Below, piece by piece: positions 9,031 to 17,028 of a stretch of 25,409 bases of DNA (position 1 is the stretch's first letter; each line of letters opens with the position of its first letter). The notes under the pieces are model-generated. The model had not been told where the DNA came from. It ran no database searches and saw only the letters and a program-made list of their open reading frames with translations. Made by a program: the position numbers and the translations under genes. Source of the stretch: a bacterium (GTDB lineage Bacteria > Desulfobacterota > DSWW01); contig JBFLZG010000007.1 of the NCBI GenBank assembly GCA_040756235.1, positions 1 to 25,409 on the forward strand. The letters are read 5' to 3'.

Positions 9031-9804
9031 ATGGTCTTGGGATGTGACATCGGAACGGGCGTCACGAAGGCTGTGGTCTTGCAGGATGGGAAGCCCATCG
9101 TCGGTGTGAGGACCGCAACCGAGGCCAACCCGGACCGGGCCCTGGAGAAGGTGCTGGAGCAAGTGCGCCTCAGGACCGGACTGAAAGCCGAGGATCTGGG
9201 CGAGATCCTGGTAACGGGTTGGGGTCAGGGAAGGATATCTGTGCCTCATAAGACGCAGGCCACCATGAGCTGCCTGGCCAGAGCTGCGGTCTGGGACGTG
9301 CCCACGTGCAGGTCGGTCCTGTGCATCGGGGCCCAGCAGAGCGTGGTTCTTTCCGTCAGCGACCAGGGACGCGTGCTCGATTACCGGATGAACGACAAAT
9401 GTGCTGCAGGGGCGGGAAAGTTCCTCGAAGGGATGTTCGAGGCGCTCGGATGCAGTCTGGAGGAGAGCGCGCGGGTTGCCAGGGGCGCCGCGAAGAAGCT
9501 CTCGGTCACCAGCCAATGCGCGGTCTTTGCGGAGAGCGAGGTGGTATGCCTGATCAACGAAGGCGAGTCGGTCTCCGACATTGCAGCAGCCATCTTCGGG
9601 GCGCTCTCCAATACCCTTGTCACCCTGTGCAAGAAGATCGGGACGAAAGACGACTTGGTGATCGGCGGAGGGATCGCGAACAATTCCAGGATCGTGGAAA
9701 TGCTCGAGGAGGGGCTCGGTAGACGCTTGCATGTCTTCCGCCCCGCACCCGACTGGATGGCCGCTGTTGGCGCTGCCCTGAGCATGAACGGAGGCAGGAC
9801 GTGA
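9031..9804 (+). CDS. BadF/BadG/BcrA/BcrD-family ATPase, BcrD/BzdP-like (module 2)
   Basis: Start at ATG 9031 after GGAGGAG. GCDIGTGVTK, VTGWG, MNDKCAAGAG, QCAVFAESE, GGGIANN, AAVGAAL. The second phosphate motif is degenerate (CIGAQQS). Confidence 0.88.
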   Translation: MVLGCDIGTGVTKAVVLQDGKPIVGVRTATEANPDRALEKVLEQVRLRTGLKAEDLGEILVTGWGQGRISVPHKTQATMSCLARAAVWDVPTCRSVLCIGAQQSVVLSVSDQGRVLDYRMNDKCAAGAGKFLEGMFEALGCSLEESARVARGAAKKLSVTSQCAVFAESEVVCLINEGESVSDIAAAIFGALSNTLVTLCKKIGTKDDLVIGGGIANNSRIVEMLEEGLGRRLHVFRPAPDWMAAVGAALSMNGGRT

Positions 9805-10625
9805 TCTTCGCGGGCGTTGACGTGGGCTCCCTGAGCGCCGAGGCGGTCTTGATCGACGAGGACGAGATCCTTGCGTCTTCCATCATCGTGGTCAAACCCG
9901 ACCCCGTGGAATCGGCGAAGATCGTGATGGACCTGGTGCTGAAGGAGTCGGGCCTGCGGAAAGAAGAGATCGCCTGGTGCGTGAGCACCGGCTATGGGCG
10001 CGAGAGGATCCCCTTTGCCGGGCACAATGTGTCGGAGATCTCCTGCCACGGGAAAGGCGCCTTTTGGGCGAACCCGGAGGTGCGCACGATCGTCGACGTG
10101 GGCGGGCAGGACTGCAAGGCGATTCGGATCGACCGCTCAGGGGATCTCGCGGATTTCGTGATGAACGACAAGTGCGCGGCCGGCACGGGAAGGTTTCTCG
10201 AAGGCATTGCCAAGACCTTCGGGGTGCACGTTTCGGAGCTCGGCCCCATGGCGCTGAAGGGCGTGGAGCCGGTCCCGATCAGCAGCATCTGTACGGTCTT
10301 CACGCAGTTCGACGTCATGGTGTTTCTGGCCAACGGGCGCACCCGGGAAGACGCGGCCCTGGGCGTGGCCGAGGCGCTGGCGATGCGGGTGAACCGGCTC
10401 CTCTCGAAAGTGGGAATCGAGGACAAGCTGTGCGTGACCGGCGGGGTCGCCAAGAACGCTTCCGTGGTGCGGGCCCTCGAGAAGGTTACGGAAAGAAACG
10501 TTTGTGAGCTGGGAGTCGATCCCCAGATCGTGGGTGCTTTGGGAGCTGCGATCTTTGCCCGCGAGCGGTGGGCGCGAGCCCGCGCCAGGGGCGGCGCAGC
10601 GATGGGTGAATTCAAAACTGCGTGA
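9801..10625 (+). CDS. BadF/BadG/BcrA/BcrD-family ATPase, BcrA/BzdQ-like (module 2)
   Basis: GTG start overlapping the previous TGA, with GGAGG upstream. GVDVGS, STGYGR, EISCHGKGA, DVGGQDCK, MNDKCAAGTGRFLE, TGGVAKN. Close paralogue of 1799..2605. Confidence 0.92.
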   Translation: MIFAGVDVGSLSAEAVLIDEDEILASSIIVVKPDPVESAKIVMDLVLKESGLRKEEIAWCVSTGYGRERIPFAGHNVSEISCHGKGAFWANPEVRTIVDVGGQDCKAIRIDRSGDLADFVMNDKCAAGTGRFLEGIAKTFGVHVSELGPMALKGVEPVPISSICTVFTQFDVMVFLANGRTREDAALGVAEALAMRVNRLLSKVGIEDKLCVTGGVAKNASVVRALEKVTERNVCELGVDPQIVGALGAAIFARERWARARARGGAAMGEFKTA

Positions 10626-10650
10626 CCAAAGGAATCGGGAGGCAAAGAAG

Positions 10651-11952
10651 ATGCGAGAACAAAGAAAGAAGCTTGTGCTCGTCGTTGCATCGTTGATGCT
10701 GATCATCCCGTCTCCGGGCCTCTGCGCGGATGAGGTCGCGCCCGGCGACGTCATCGACAAGGGCAACTGGGAGAAGGCCGAGGGGCTTCTGCCCCCGTCC
10801 GTGCTCGAGTGGGTGAAGAAAGGCGAGTACGTCATCAAGGTGGGGCAGCTCAACTACGATCAGAAAGAGTTCTTCGCCCCATGGGTCGGAGAGTCGTTTC
10901 AGGCCAACGTCGGAAAGTACGACGTCGACGAGAAAGGCCAGCTGGTCGAAGCCGCCACCCGCAAGCCGCCCTCCTCCATCGTGGGGATCCCCTTTCCCGA
11001 CAACCGTCCCGATGACCCCAAGGTGTGCCTCAAGGCCCTCTACAACAAGAGCTACCACGGCCTCTGCTACGGGAACTTCGTGTATCCGTTCGATATCACA
11101 TGGGTCGGTCGGTCCGGATTCGAACGCGAGGTGGCCATGGTGTTTGCGAACGCCGTCATGGACGGCTACCCGGGCGCGCAGGAACTTTCCAACCCGGAGC
11201 GGACCTTGCGTCTTTCGCTCTATGCCGTGCTGAGCCCCTATGACATCAAAGGCACCGCCATCCTTCTCTGGCGCTACAAGGGGGACAAGCAAGACGTGAA
11301 CTTCACCTACCTTCCGGCCATCCGCAGGGTACGGCGGATGACCCCGGCCAACCGTTCCGATGCCCTGGTCGGCTGCGATGCCGCCATTGACGATGCCTGG
11401 GGCTTCGACGCCAAGGAGAATTCCTTCGAATGGCAATTCCTGAGGACTCAGGAGGCGCTGGTCCCCTTCGCGAGCACCGAGCCCGAGGTGATCGTCCAGA
11501 ACGAGAATGGCGAGTGGCACACGACCCCCGAGGTCACGCCGATCACGTACGGTTATCAGGCGAGCGACTGGAAGGGCGCGCCGTGGGCCGGTGTGAATTG
11601 GACCTGGGTCAAACGAACCGTATGGGTGATCAAGGGGAAGCCGAAGGACCCCTATTACAACTACGGCTTTGACGAGCTCTGGTACGATCCCGACATCTAT
11701 TTCCCGAAATATCTCATCATCTACGACCGCAGCGGTGCCTACTGGAAGACGTTCACGGCGGGCCACGGCGGGTTCCAGAGCGCCGACCAGAAGATGCGGT
11801 ACATCCAGGTCACCTTCCAGCACATGGTGGACGATCGATTCGACCACTGCTCCATCATCGAGCACATGAGCAAGAGAAACATGTGGGTCCATTTTGCCCA
11901 CGTGAATCTCAACGACTTCACGCTGGCGGGCTTCCAGAAGTTCTGCAAGTAG
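10651..11952 (+). CDS. Exported DUF1329-like protein, copy 2
   Basis: ATG 10651 after GGAGG. Signal peptide ending GLCA/DEVAPGDVI. Collinear with 5042..6346 (NWEKAEGLLP, PAIRRVRRM, DPYYNYG, AGFQKFCK). Confidence 0.75.
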   Translation: MREQRKKLVLVVASLMLIIPSPGLCADEVAPGDVIDKGNWEKAEGLLPPSVLEWVKKGEYVIKVGQLNYDQKEFFAPWVGESFQANVGKYDVDEKGQLVEAATRKPPSSIVGIPFPDNRPDDPKVCLKALYNKSYHGLCYGNFVYPFDITWVGRSGFEREVAMVFANAVMDGYPGAQELSNPERTLRLSLYAVLSPYDIKGTAILLWRYKGDKQDVNFTYLPAIRRVRRMTPANRSDALVGCDAAIDDAWGFDAKENSFEWQFLRTQEALVPFASTEPEVIVQNENGEWHTTPEVTPITYGYQASDWKGAPWAGVNWTWVKRTVWVIKGKPKDPYYNYGFDELWYDPDIYFPKYLIIYDRSGAYWKTFTAGHGGFQSADQKMRYIQVTFQHMVDDRFDHCSIIEHMSKRNMWVHFAHVNLNDFTLAGFQKFCK

Positions 11953-12014
11953 TCGTGCGGGAGCTTGTCGAGCGTGTGAGGACCGATCTCGGAATTCTCG
12001 AAGGAGGCAAAAGC

Positions 12015-13007
12015 ATGGGGCCGAAGAGCGTGCGGTGGCCCGTGAGGAGCTCCACCAGGGAATTTTTCAAGCTGCACGGGTGGAAGAACTTCGCCCATTT
12101 CCTTCACGGATATTACTACCTTTCCCATCTGGACCAGTACATCAAGTTGCTTCTTCCGGCGCTGCGGGCCGCGACGAAGTGGCTGCCCGCACAGAGGCTC
12201 GCGGCGTTGCGGTCGATCGTCGCCTACGTCCCGGACCGGTACCACGGAAAGATCACGACCCTCGAAGACGCCAAGAAGATCGTCCTGCTGCAGCAAGACA
12301 TCGTCCTGGACGAGAAGACTTCCGCCAGGGTGGTGCCTTATGAGATCGCCAACCGGATGGTGATTCGCAGCCCCGGTTCGATCACCCTGATGGACTGCGC
12401 GTGCAAGCTGGAGAAGAGGGAGAAGGCCTGCGGCCCGCTGGACGTCTGCCTGATCATCGGCGAGCCCTATGCGTCGTTTGCGCTGGAACATGCCAAGGCC
12501 CTGCATCCGCGCAAGGTGACGCAGCAGGAGGCGGTCCGCGTGCTCGAGATGTGCCACAAGAAGGGCTGGGTCCAGAACGCCATCTTCAAGGACGCCATGG
12601 GCGGGCAGTTCTTCGCGATCTGCAACTGCTGCAAGTGCTGCTGCGGCGGTCTGGAGGTCGAGAGGGCCCTGAGATCGCTGCCGCTCGATCCTCCCATCAA
12701 GCTCGAGGCGCCATCCGGGCATCTGGCCGTCATCGATCCCGAGAAGTGCGAATCCTGCGGCGCATGTGTTTCCCGCTGTCCCATGGGCGCGATTTCCCTG
12801 GAGGGAGACGGGCCTGCGGTCGTGCGCAACGACCACTGCATGGGTTGCGGCGTATGTCCGGACATCTGCCCGAAAAAGGCGATCGTCTTGAAGAGAGACC
12901 CTGCGCGCGGCATCCCCCTCGACGTCCGGGAATTGCTTGCAGGAGATCGTCCACCAACCAAGGGGACCCGACATGGAAAGAAAAGCAGGGCGGCCGTTCA
13001 TCCTTGA
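12015..13007 (+). CDS. Cys-rich 4Fe-4S dicluster (ferredoxin-domain) protein, copy 1
   Basis: ATG 12015 after AAGGAGG. DCAC..C..C, ICNCCKCCC, and two C-terminal CxxCxxCxxxCP motifs (CESCGACVSRCP, CMGCGVCPDICP). Confidence 0.88.
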   Translation: MGPKSVRWPVRSSTREFFKLHGWKNFAHFLHGYYYLSHLDQYIKLLLPALRAATKWLPAQRLAALRSIVAYVPDRYHGKITTLEDAKKIVLLQQDIVLDEKTSARVVPYEIANRMVIRSPGSITLMDCACKLEKREKACGPLDVCLIIGEPYASFALEHAKALHPRKVTQQEAVRVLEMCHKKGWVQNAIFKDAMGGQFFAICNCCKCCCGGLEVERALRSLPLDPPIKLEAPSGHLAVIDPEKCESCGACVSRCPMGAISLEGDGPAVVRNDHCMGCGVCPDICPKKAIVLKRDPARGIPLDVRELLAGDRPPTKGTRHGKKSRAAVHP

Positions 13008-13899
13008 TTCCACCAAGGCCTTCTTCGGCCTTCATGGTTGGAGGAACGTGGGTAGCTTCCTCCACGGCTACTACTATCTGGCTCACCTGGACCAGTATGT
13101 GAAGCTCATCTTGCCGCTCCTGCGGGTCCTTACGAAATGGGTTCCGGCATCGAAGATGGATTTCATCCGTCCGCTGCTGGCGTACGTGCCGGACCGGTAT
13201 CACGCGAAAGTGGTCACGCTGGAAGATGCGCGGAAAATCGTGGCCATCCAGAAAGACGTGGAGGTGGACGAGAAGACTTCCGCCCGGGTCGTCCCCTACG
13301 AGATCGCCAACCGCATGGTCATCCGCAGTCCGGATTCCATCGTGATAATGGACTGTGCATGCAGGTTGGAAAAGAAGAATCCCTGCAGCCCGCTCAGCAC
13401 CTGCATGATCATCGGCGAGCCCTACGCCACGTTTGCATTGGAACATGCCGACTCTCTGCATCCGAGGAGGGTGACCCAGCAGGAGGCCTTGCGGCTTCTG
13501 GAGGTGTTTCACAAGAAGGGGTGGCTGCACAACGCTTTCTTCAAAGACGCCATGGGCGGGCAGTTCTACGCGATCTGCAACTGCTGCAAGTGCTGCTGCG
13601 CAGGAGTGGAGATCGAGCGCACCTTGAGGTCTCTGCCGTTGAAGAGCCCGCTCAAGGTCCAAGCGCCTTCCGGATATCTGGCGGTGGTCGACGCGGAAAA
13701 GTGCGAGTCCTGCGGCGCGTGCGTGGCGCGCTGCCCGATGGCCGCGATCTCTCTCGATGGAGACGGCCCTGCCGTCGTCCGGAAGGAACACTGCATGGGC
13801 TGCGGTGTGTGCCCGGACATCTGCCCGAAGGATGCCATTACCCTGCAACGAGATCCGGAGCGCGGCGTTCCCTTGGATCTTCACGAGCTGATGCAATAG
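12973..13899 (+). CDS. Cys-rich 4Fe-4S dicluster (ferredoxin-domain) protein, copy 2
   Basis: ATG 12973 after AAGGGG. Same Cys motifs as copy 1, and collinear with it over the whole length. Confidence 0.88.
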   Translation: MERKAGRPFILDSTKAFFGLHGWRNVGSFLHGYYYLAHLDQYVKLILPLLRVLTKWVPASKMDFIRPLLAYVPDRYHAKVVTLEDARKIVAIQKDVEVDEKTSARVVPYEIANRMVIRSPDSIVIMDCACRLEKKNPCSPLSTCMIIGEPYATFALEHADSLHPRRVTQQEALRLLEVFHKKGWLHNAFFKDAMGGQFYAICNCCKCCCAGVEIERTLRSLPLKSPLKVQAPSGYLAVVDAEKCESCGACVARCPMAAISLDGDGPAVVRKEHCMGCGVCPDICPKDAITLQRDPERGVPLDLHELMQ

Positions 13900-13909
13900 G
13901 AGGAAGCGC

Positions 13910-15280
13910 ATGGAGAAGTTCGACACGATCATCATCGGTTCGGGGGCCGGGGGGCTCTCCATCGGCGTCCTGCTCTCTCACCGCAAGCCTCGGGACAAGG
14001 TTCTCGTCCTGGAGAAGAACAGCGGCATCGGCGGCCGCATGTGGGGCGGGCCCGGAAGGGATGGATTCAAGAGCGAAATCGGCTGCCACATGAGCTCCAC
14101 GACGAGCCGCGGAACGATCGGCGACATTCTGCGGATTGCGGGCACGGAAGATCAGGTGCAGTACACCTATGCTCGTCCCATGACCATGTACAAGGGGAAG
14201 CTGTTTGCCTTTCCCCGAGGCCTGCAGGGGATGGTGCCCGAGCGGGACTTCCGGCAGCTGACCGCCATGTACCAGGAAATGATGAGCCTCCATCCGTCCG
14301 CGGTGGCGGAGCTGGACGAGGTGGATTTCTGCTCCTACGTTCACCGCTTCACCGACAACCAGGTGCTGCATTCGATTCTCGCCCATCTGTGCCACATTTT
14401 CTCGGTGGTGAGCTACGCCAAGACCAGCACCGGCGAGTTTCTGCGGTTCCTCCAGACCGAGGCGCGCTCCCGGGCCACCGGCTACCCGATAGGAGGCTTC
14501 GTCAGCATAGCCAATGCCATGGCCGAGGGCATCCGGAAGGCGGGGGGCGTCATCCGGACGAACGCCAAAGTGGAGAAGATCCTCATCGAGGGCGGGGTTG
14601 CCAAGGGCGTCGTGGCCGGGGGAAAGACCTACCTCGCCGACACCATCATCAGCAACGCCGATATCAAGCATACGGTGAGGGACCTGATCGGAGAACAGAA
14701 CCTGGACCAGGAGTACGCACGCCATATCCGGGATCTCGAGTTCTCCCTGAGCGTGATCATTCTGAGGCTGGCCCTGGACAAAAAGGTGGTCGACTGGCCC
14801 TACATCAACTGGGTCGGCGGGGACGAGCCCATCGATTATCATCGCAAGCTGGAGGCGGGAAAGGTTCCGAACAACCTGAACCTGTTCATGCCGTGTCCCT
14901 CGAATCTGGACCCCGGCATGGCGCCCGCAGGAAAGCAGCTCATCAACGCCCTGGTCGCGGGCATTCCGATCGACGTGCAGGACGTCGATGGTTTCAAGGA
15001 CGCCATGCTCGACACCCTGCAGGACTTCATTCCGAACCTGAAGAAGCACCTCATGTGGGTGGAGGTGACCGCGCCGCGCGACATCGACAAGTTCGTCGGC
15101 GAACAGGGAGCCGCCATCGGCGTGGCCCAGACCGTCACCCAGGCGGGAAAGAACCGGCCCAGCATCCGGACGCCGATCCCGAACCTGTACATCTGCGGCG
15201 CGGAGACGGGCGGATGGGGAGAGGGGACGGAGCTCGCCGTGGAAAGCGCCCGGAGCCTCTTCATGATGTTGTATCGATGA
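13910..15280 (+). CDS. Phytoene desaturase (CrtI)-family FAD-dependent oxidoreductase
   Basis: RBS AGGAGG. IIIGSGAGG..VLEKNSGIGG Rossmann motif, YPIGG..IANAM, TIISNAD, DPGMAPAGK, and C-terminal RPSIRTPIPNLYICGA. Confidence 0.8.
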   Translation: MEKFDTIIIGSGAGGLSIGVLLSHRKPRDKVLVLEKNSGIGGRMWGGPGRDGFKSEIGCHMSSTTSRGTIGDILRIAGTEDQVQYTYARPMTMYKGKLFAFPRGLQGMVPERDFRQLTAMYQEMMSLHPSAVAELDEVDFCSYVHRFTDNQVLHSILAHLCHIFSVVSYAKTSTGEFLRFLQTEARSRATGYPIGGFVSIANAMAEGIRKAGGVIRTNAKVEKILIEGGVAKGVVAGGKTYLADTIISNADIKHTVRDLIGEQNLDQEYARHIRDLEFSLSVIILRLALDKKVVDWPYINWVGGDEPIDYHRKLEAGKVPNNLNLFMPCPSNLDPGMAPAGKQLINALVAGIPIDVQDVDGFKDAMLDTLQDFIPNLKKHLMWVEVTAPRDIDKFVGEQGAAIGVAQTVTQAGKNRPSIRTPIPNLYICGAETGGWGEGTELAVESARSLFMMLYR

Positions 15281-15327
15281 TGCAGCGGCGGCACGGGCGC
15301 GGTCCCTTGCCCGGCAGGAGCACTGGA

Positions 15328-17028
15328 ATGGAATTCGCGACGGTCAACAGCATGTACGAGCGTCTCTTCCGCGTGCGCGCCCATCTTCCGGCCTATCACG
15401 TGAAGCGCAACGGCGCCTGGGAGGCGGTCTCCTGGCAGGCTTACCGGGAAAAGGTCCGGGACTTTGCGCTGGGGCTGATGGCGCTGGGCATGGAACCGGG
15501 AGATCCGGTGAGCATCCTCGGCGCCACCCGAGAGGAGTGGGACCTGGCGGACAAGGCGGTCCAGTCCGCAGGGGGTGTGGCGGTCGGCATCTACCACTCG
15601 AACACCCCTCAGCAGGTCCATCACATCCTGGATCACTCGGAGTCCGGGTTCCTCGTCCTGGAAAACGAGCTGCAGTGGCGCAAGGTCGAGCCGATCCGGC
15701 GCGGCTTGCCGCGTCTGCGGCGAACCATCGCCATGGATTCGGCGGGCATTCAGGACCCTGAGGTCGTGCCTTTCGAGGACGTGCTGCGGCTGGGCAGGAA
15801 ACAGGAGCCGACACGGGCCGAAGAGCTCGCGCGGCGCTCCGCCGCCGTCAAGCCGGACGATACGGCCATCATCTTCTACACGTCGGGAACGACCGGCCCG
15901 CCCAAGGGGGCGATGCTGACGCACAAGAACATCTTGTCGATTTGCGGGGCGATCCGGAACTGGGGTGTCCTGACGCCGCAAGAGACGACCGTCATCTGGC
16001 TCCCCATGCCGCACATCTACGGCCGGCTCATGGCGCTGGCCTCCGCCTATTGCGGCACCGTGGGATGGTACGCCGAGAGCGTCGAACGGCTCATGGCCAA
16101 CCTGCAAGAGATCCGTCCGACCATCTTTTACAGCGTGCCCAGAATCTTTGAAAAGGTGCACACGCAACTCATCGGCCAGGCGGCCGGCGGCGCCGACGGT
16201 CTCACGCCTGAGAGGATCCGGCAGGTCTTTGGCGGCAGGATCCGCATCCTTCTGTCCGGGGGCGCTCCGATCGCGAAGGAGATCCTCGAATTCTTCCATG
16301 CAGCGGGCATCCTGCCGCTCGAGATCTACGGCATCACGGAAACGCTGATGTGCGCCATCAACCGGCCCGAGAAGTACCGCTTCGGCAGCGTCGGCTCCCC
16401 TCCGGACGGCGTGGAGCTCCGGATCGGCGCCGACGGCGAGATCCTCGTCCGGAGCGACATGGTCTTCAAGGGCTACCTCAAGGACGCGGCCAAGACGCGG
16501 GAGGCTCTGAGTAAAGACGGCTGGTACGCCACCGGGGACATCGGCAGGATCGACGACGACGGGTTCCTCTGGATCACGGACCGCAAGAAGGACATCCTCA
16601 TCACCGCCGGCGGCAAGAACGTGGCGCCCCAGAACATCGAAAACCTGATGAAGACGAGCCCCTACATCAGCCAGGTGATGGTGTACGGAGACCGCAAGCC
16701 TTACCTGACCGCCCTGGTCACGCTGGACGCGGACGAGATCCGCAAGTGGGCCTCCTCCCAGGGGATCGACGGGGCCGACCTCAAGGCGCTCTGCAGCCAT
16801 TCCCGGGTCGTGGACCTCGTCGAGTCCGTGGTCCGCGAGAAGAACGAGGAACTGGCGTCCTACGAGCAGATCAAGTACGTGCGGATCCTCCCGGAGGAAT
16901 TCTCCCAGGAGTCCGGGACGCTCACGGCCACCCTGAAGCTCAGGCGCCGCGAGGTCGTGAAGCGTTACGGAGACCTGCTCGAAGGCATGTACAAGGGAGG
17001 TGAGCATGGGAAGGGACAGCAGCAGTAG
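15328..17028 (+). CDS. fadD: Long-chain fatty acid--CoA ligase (AMP-dependent synthetase)
   Basis: C-terminal part of ORF 14041..17028. Start at ATG 15328 after AGGAG (alternative ATG 15277). YTSGTTGPPKG, YSVPRIFEK, YGITET, ATGDIG, DRKKDILITAGGKNVAPQ, LTATLKLRR. Confidence 0.9.
   Translation: MEFATVNSMYERLFRVRAHLPAYHVKRNGAWEAVSWQAYREKVRDFALGLMALGMEPGDPVSILGATREEWDLADKAVQSAGGVAVGIYHSNTPQQVHHILDHSESGFLVLENELQWRKVEPIRRGLPRLRRTIAMDSAGIQDPEVVPFEDVLRLGRKQEPTRAEELARRSAAVKPDDTAIIFYTSGTTGPPKGAMLTHKNILSICGAIRNWGVLTPQETTVIWLPMPHIYGRLMALASAYCGTVGWYAESVERLMANLQEIRPTIFYSVPRIFEKVHTQLIGQAAGGADGLTPERIRQVFGGRIRILLSGGAPIAKEILEFFHAAGILPLEIYGITETLMCAINRPEKYRFGSVGSPPDGVELRIGADGEILVRSDMVFKGYLKDAAKTREALSKDGWYATGDIGRIDDDGFLWITDRKKDILITAGGKNVAPQNIENLMKTSPYISQVMVYGDRKPYLTALVTLDADEIRKWASSQGIDGADLKALCSHSRVVDLVESVVREKNEELASYEQIKYVRILPEEFSQESGTLTATLKLRRREVVKRYGDLLEGMYKGGEHGKGQQQ

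Noticed and set aside
3..10625. Naming the modules bcr/bzd (benzoate degradation) or hgd/fld (amino-acid fermentation)
   Set aside because: The family is clear but the substrate is not. The diagnostic partner genes of both pathways are absent from the window, so no gene symbols were assigned.
14041..15327. Apparent 995-aa giant CoA ligase
   Set aside because: The N-terminal part is an off-frame Arg/Gly/Pro-rich reading of the CrtI-like gene. The real ligase starts at about 15328 with its own RBS.
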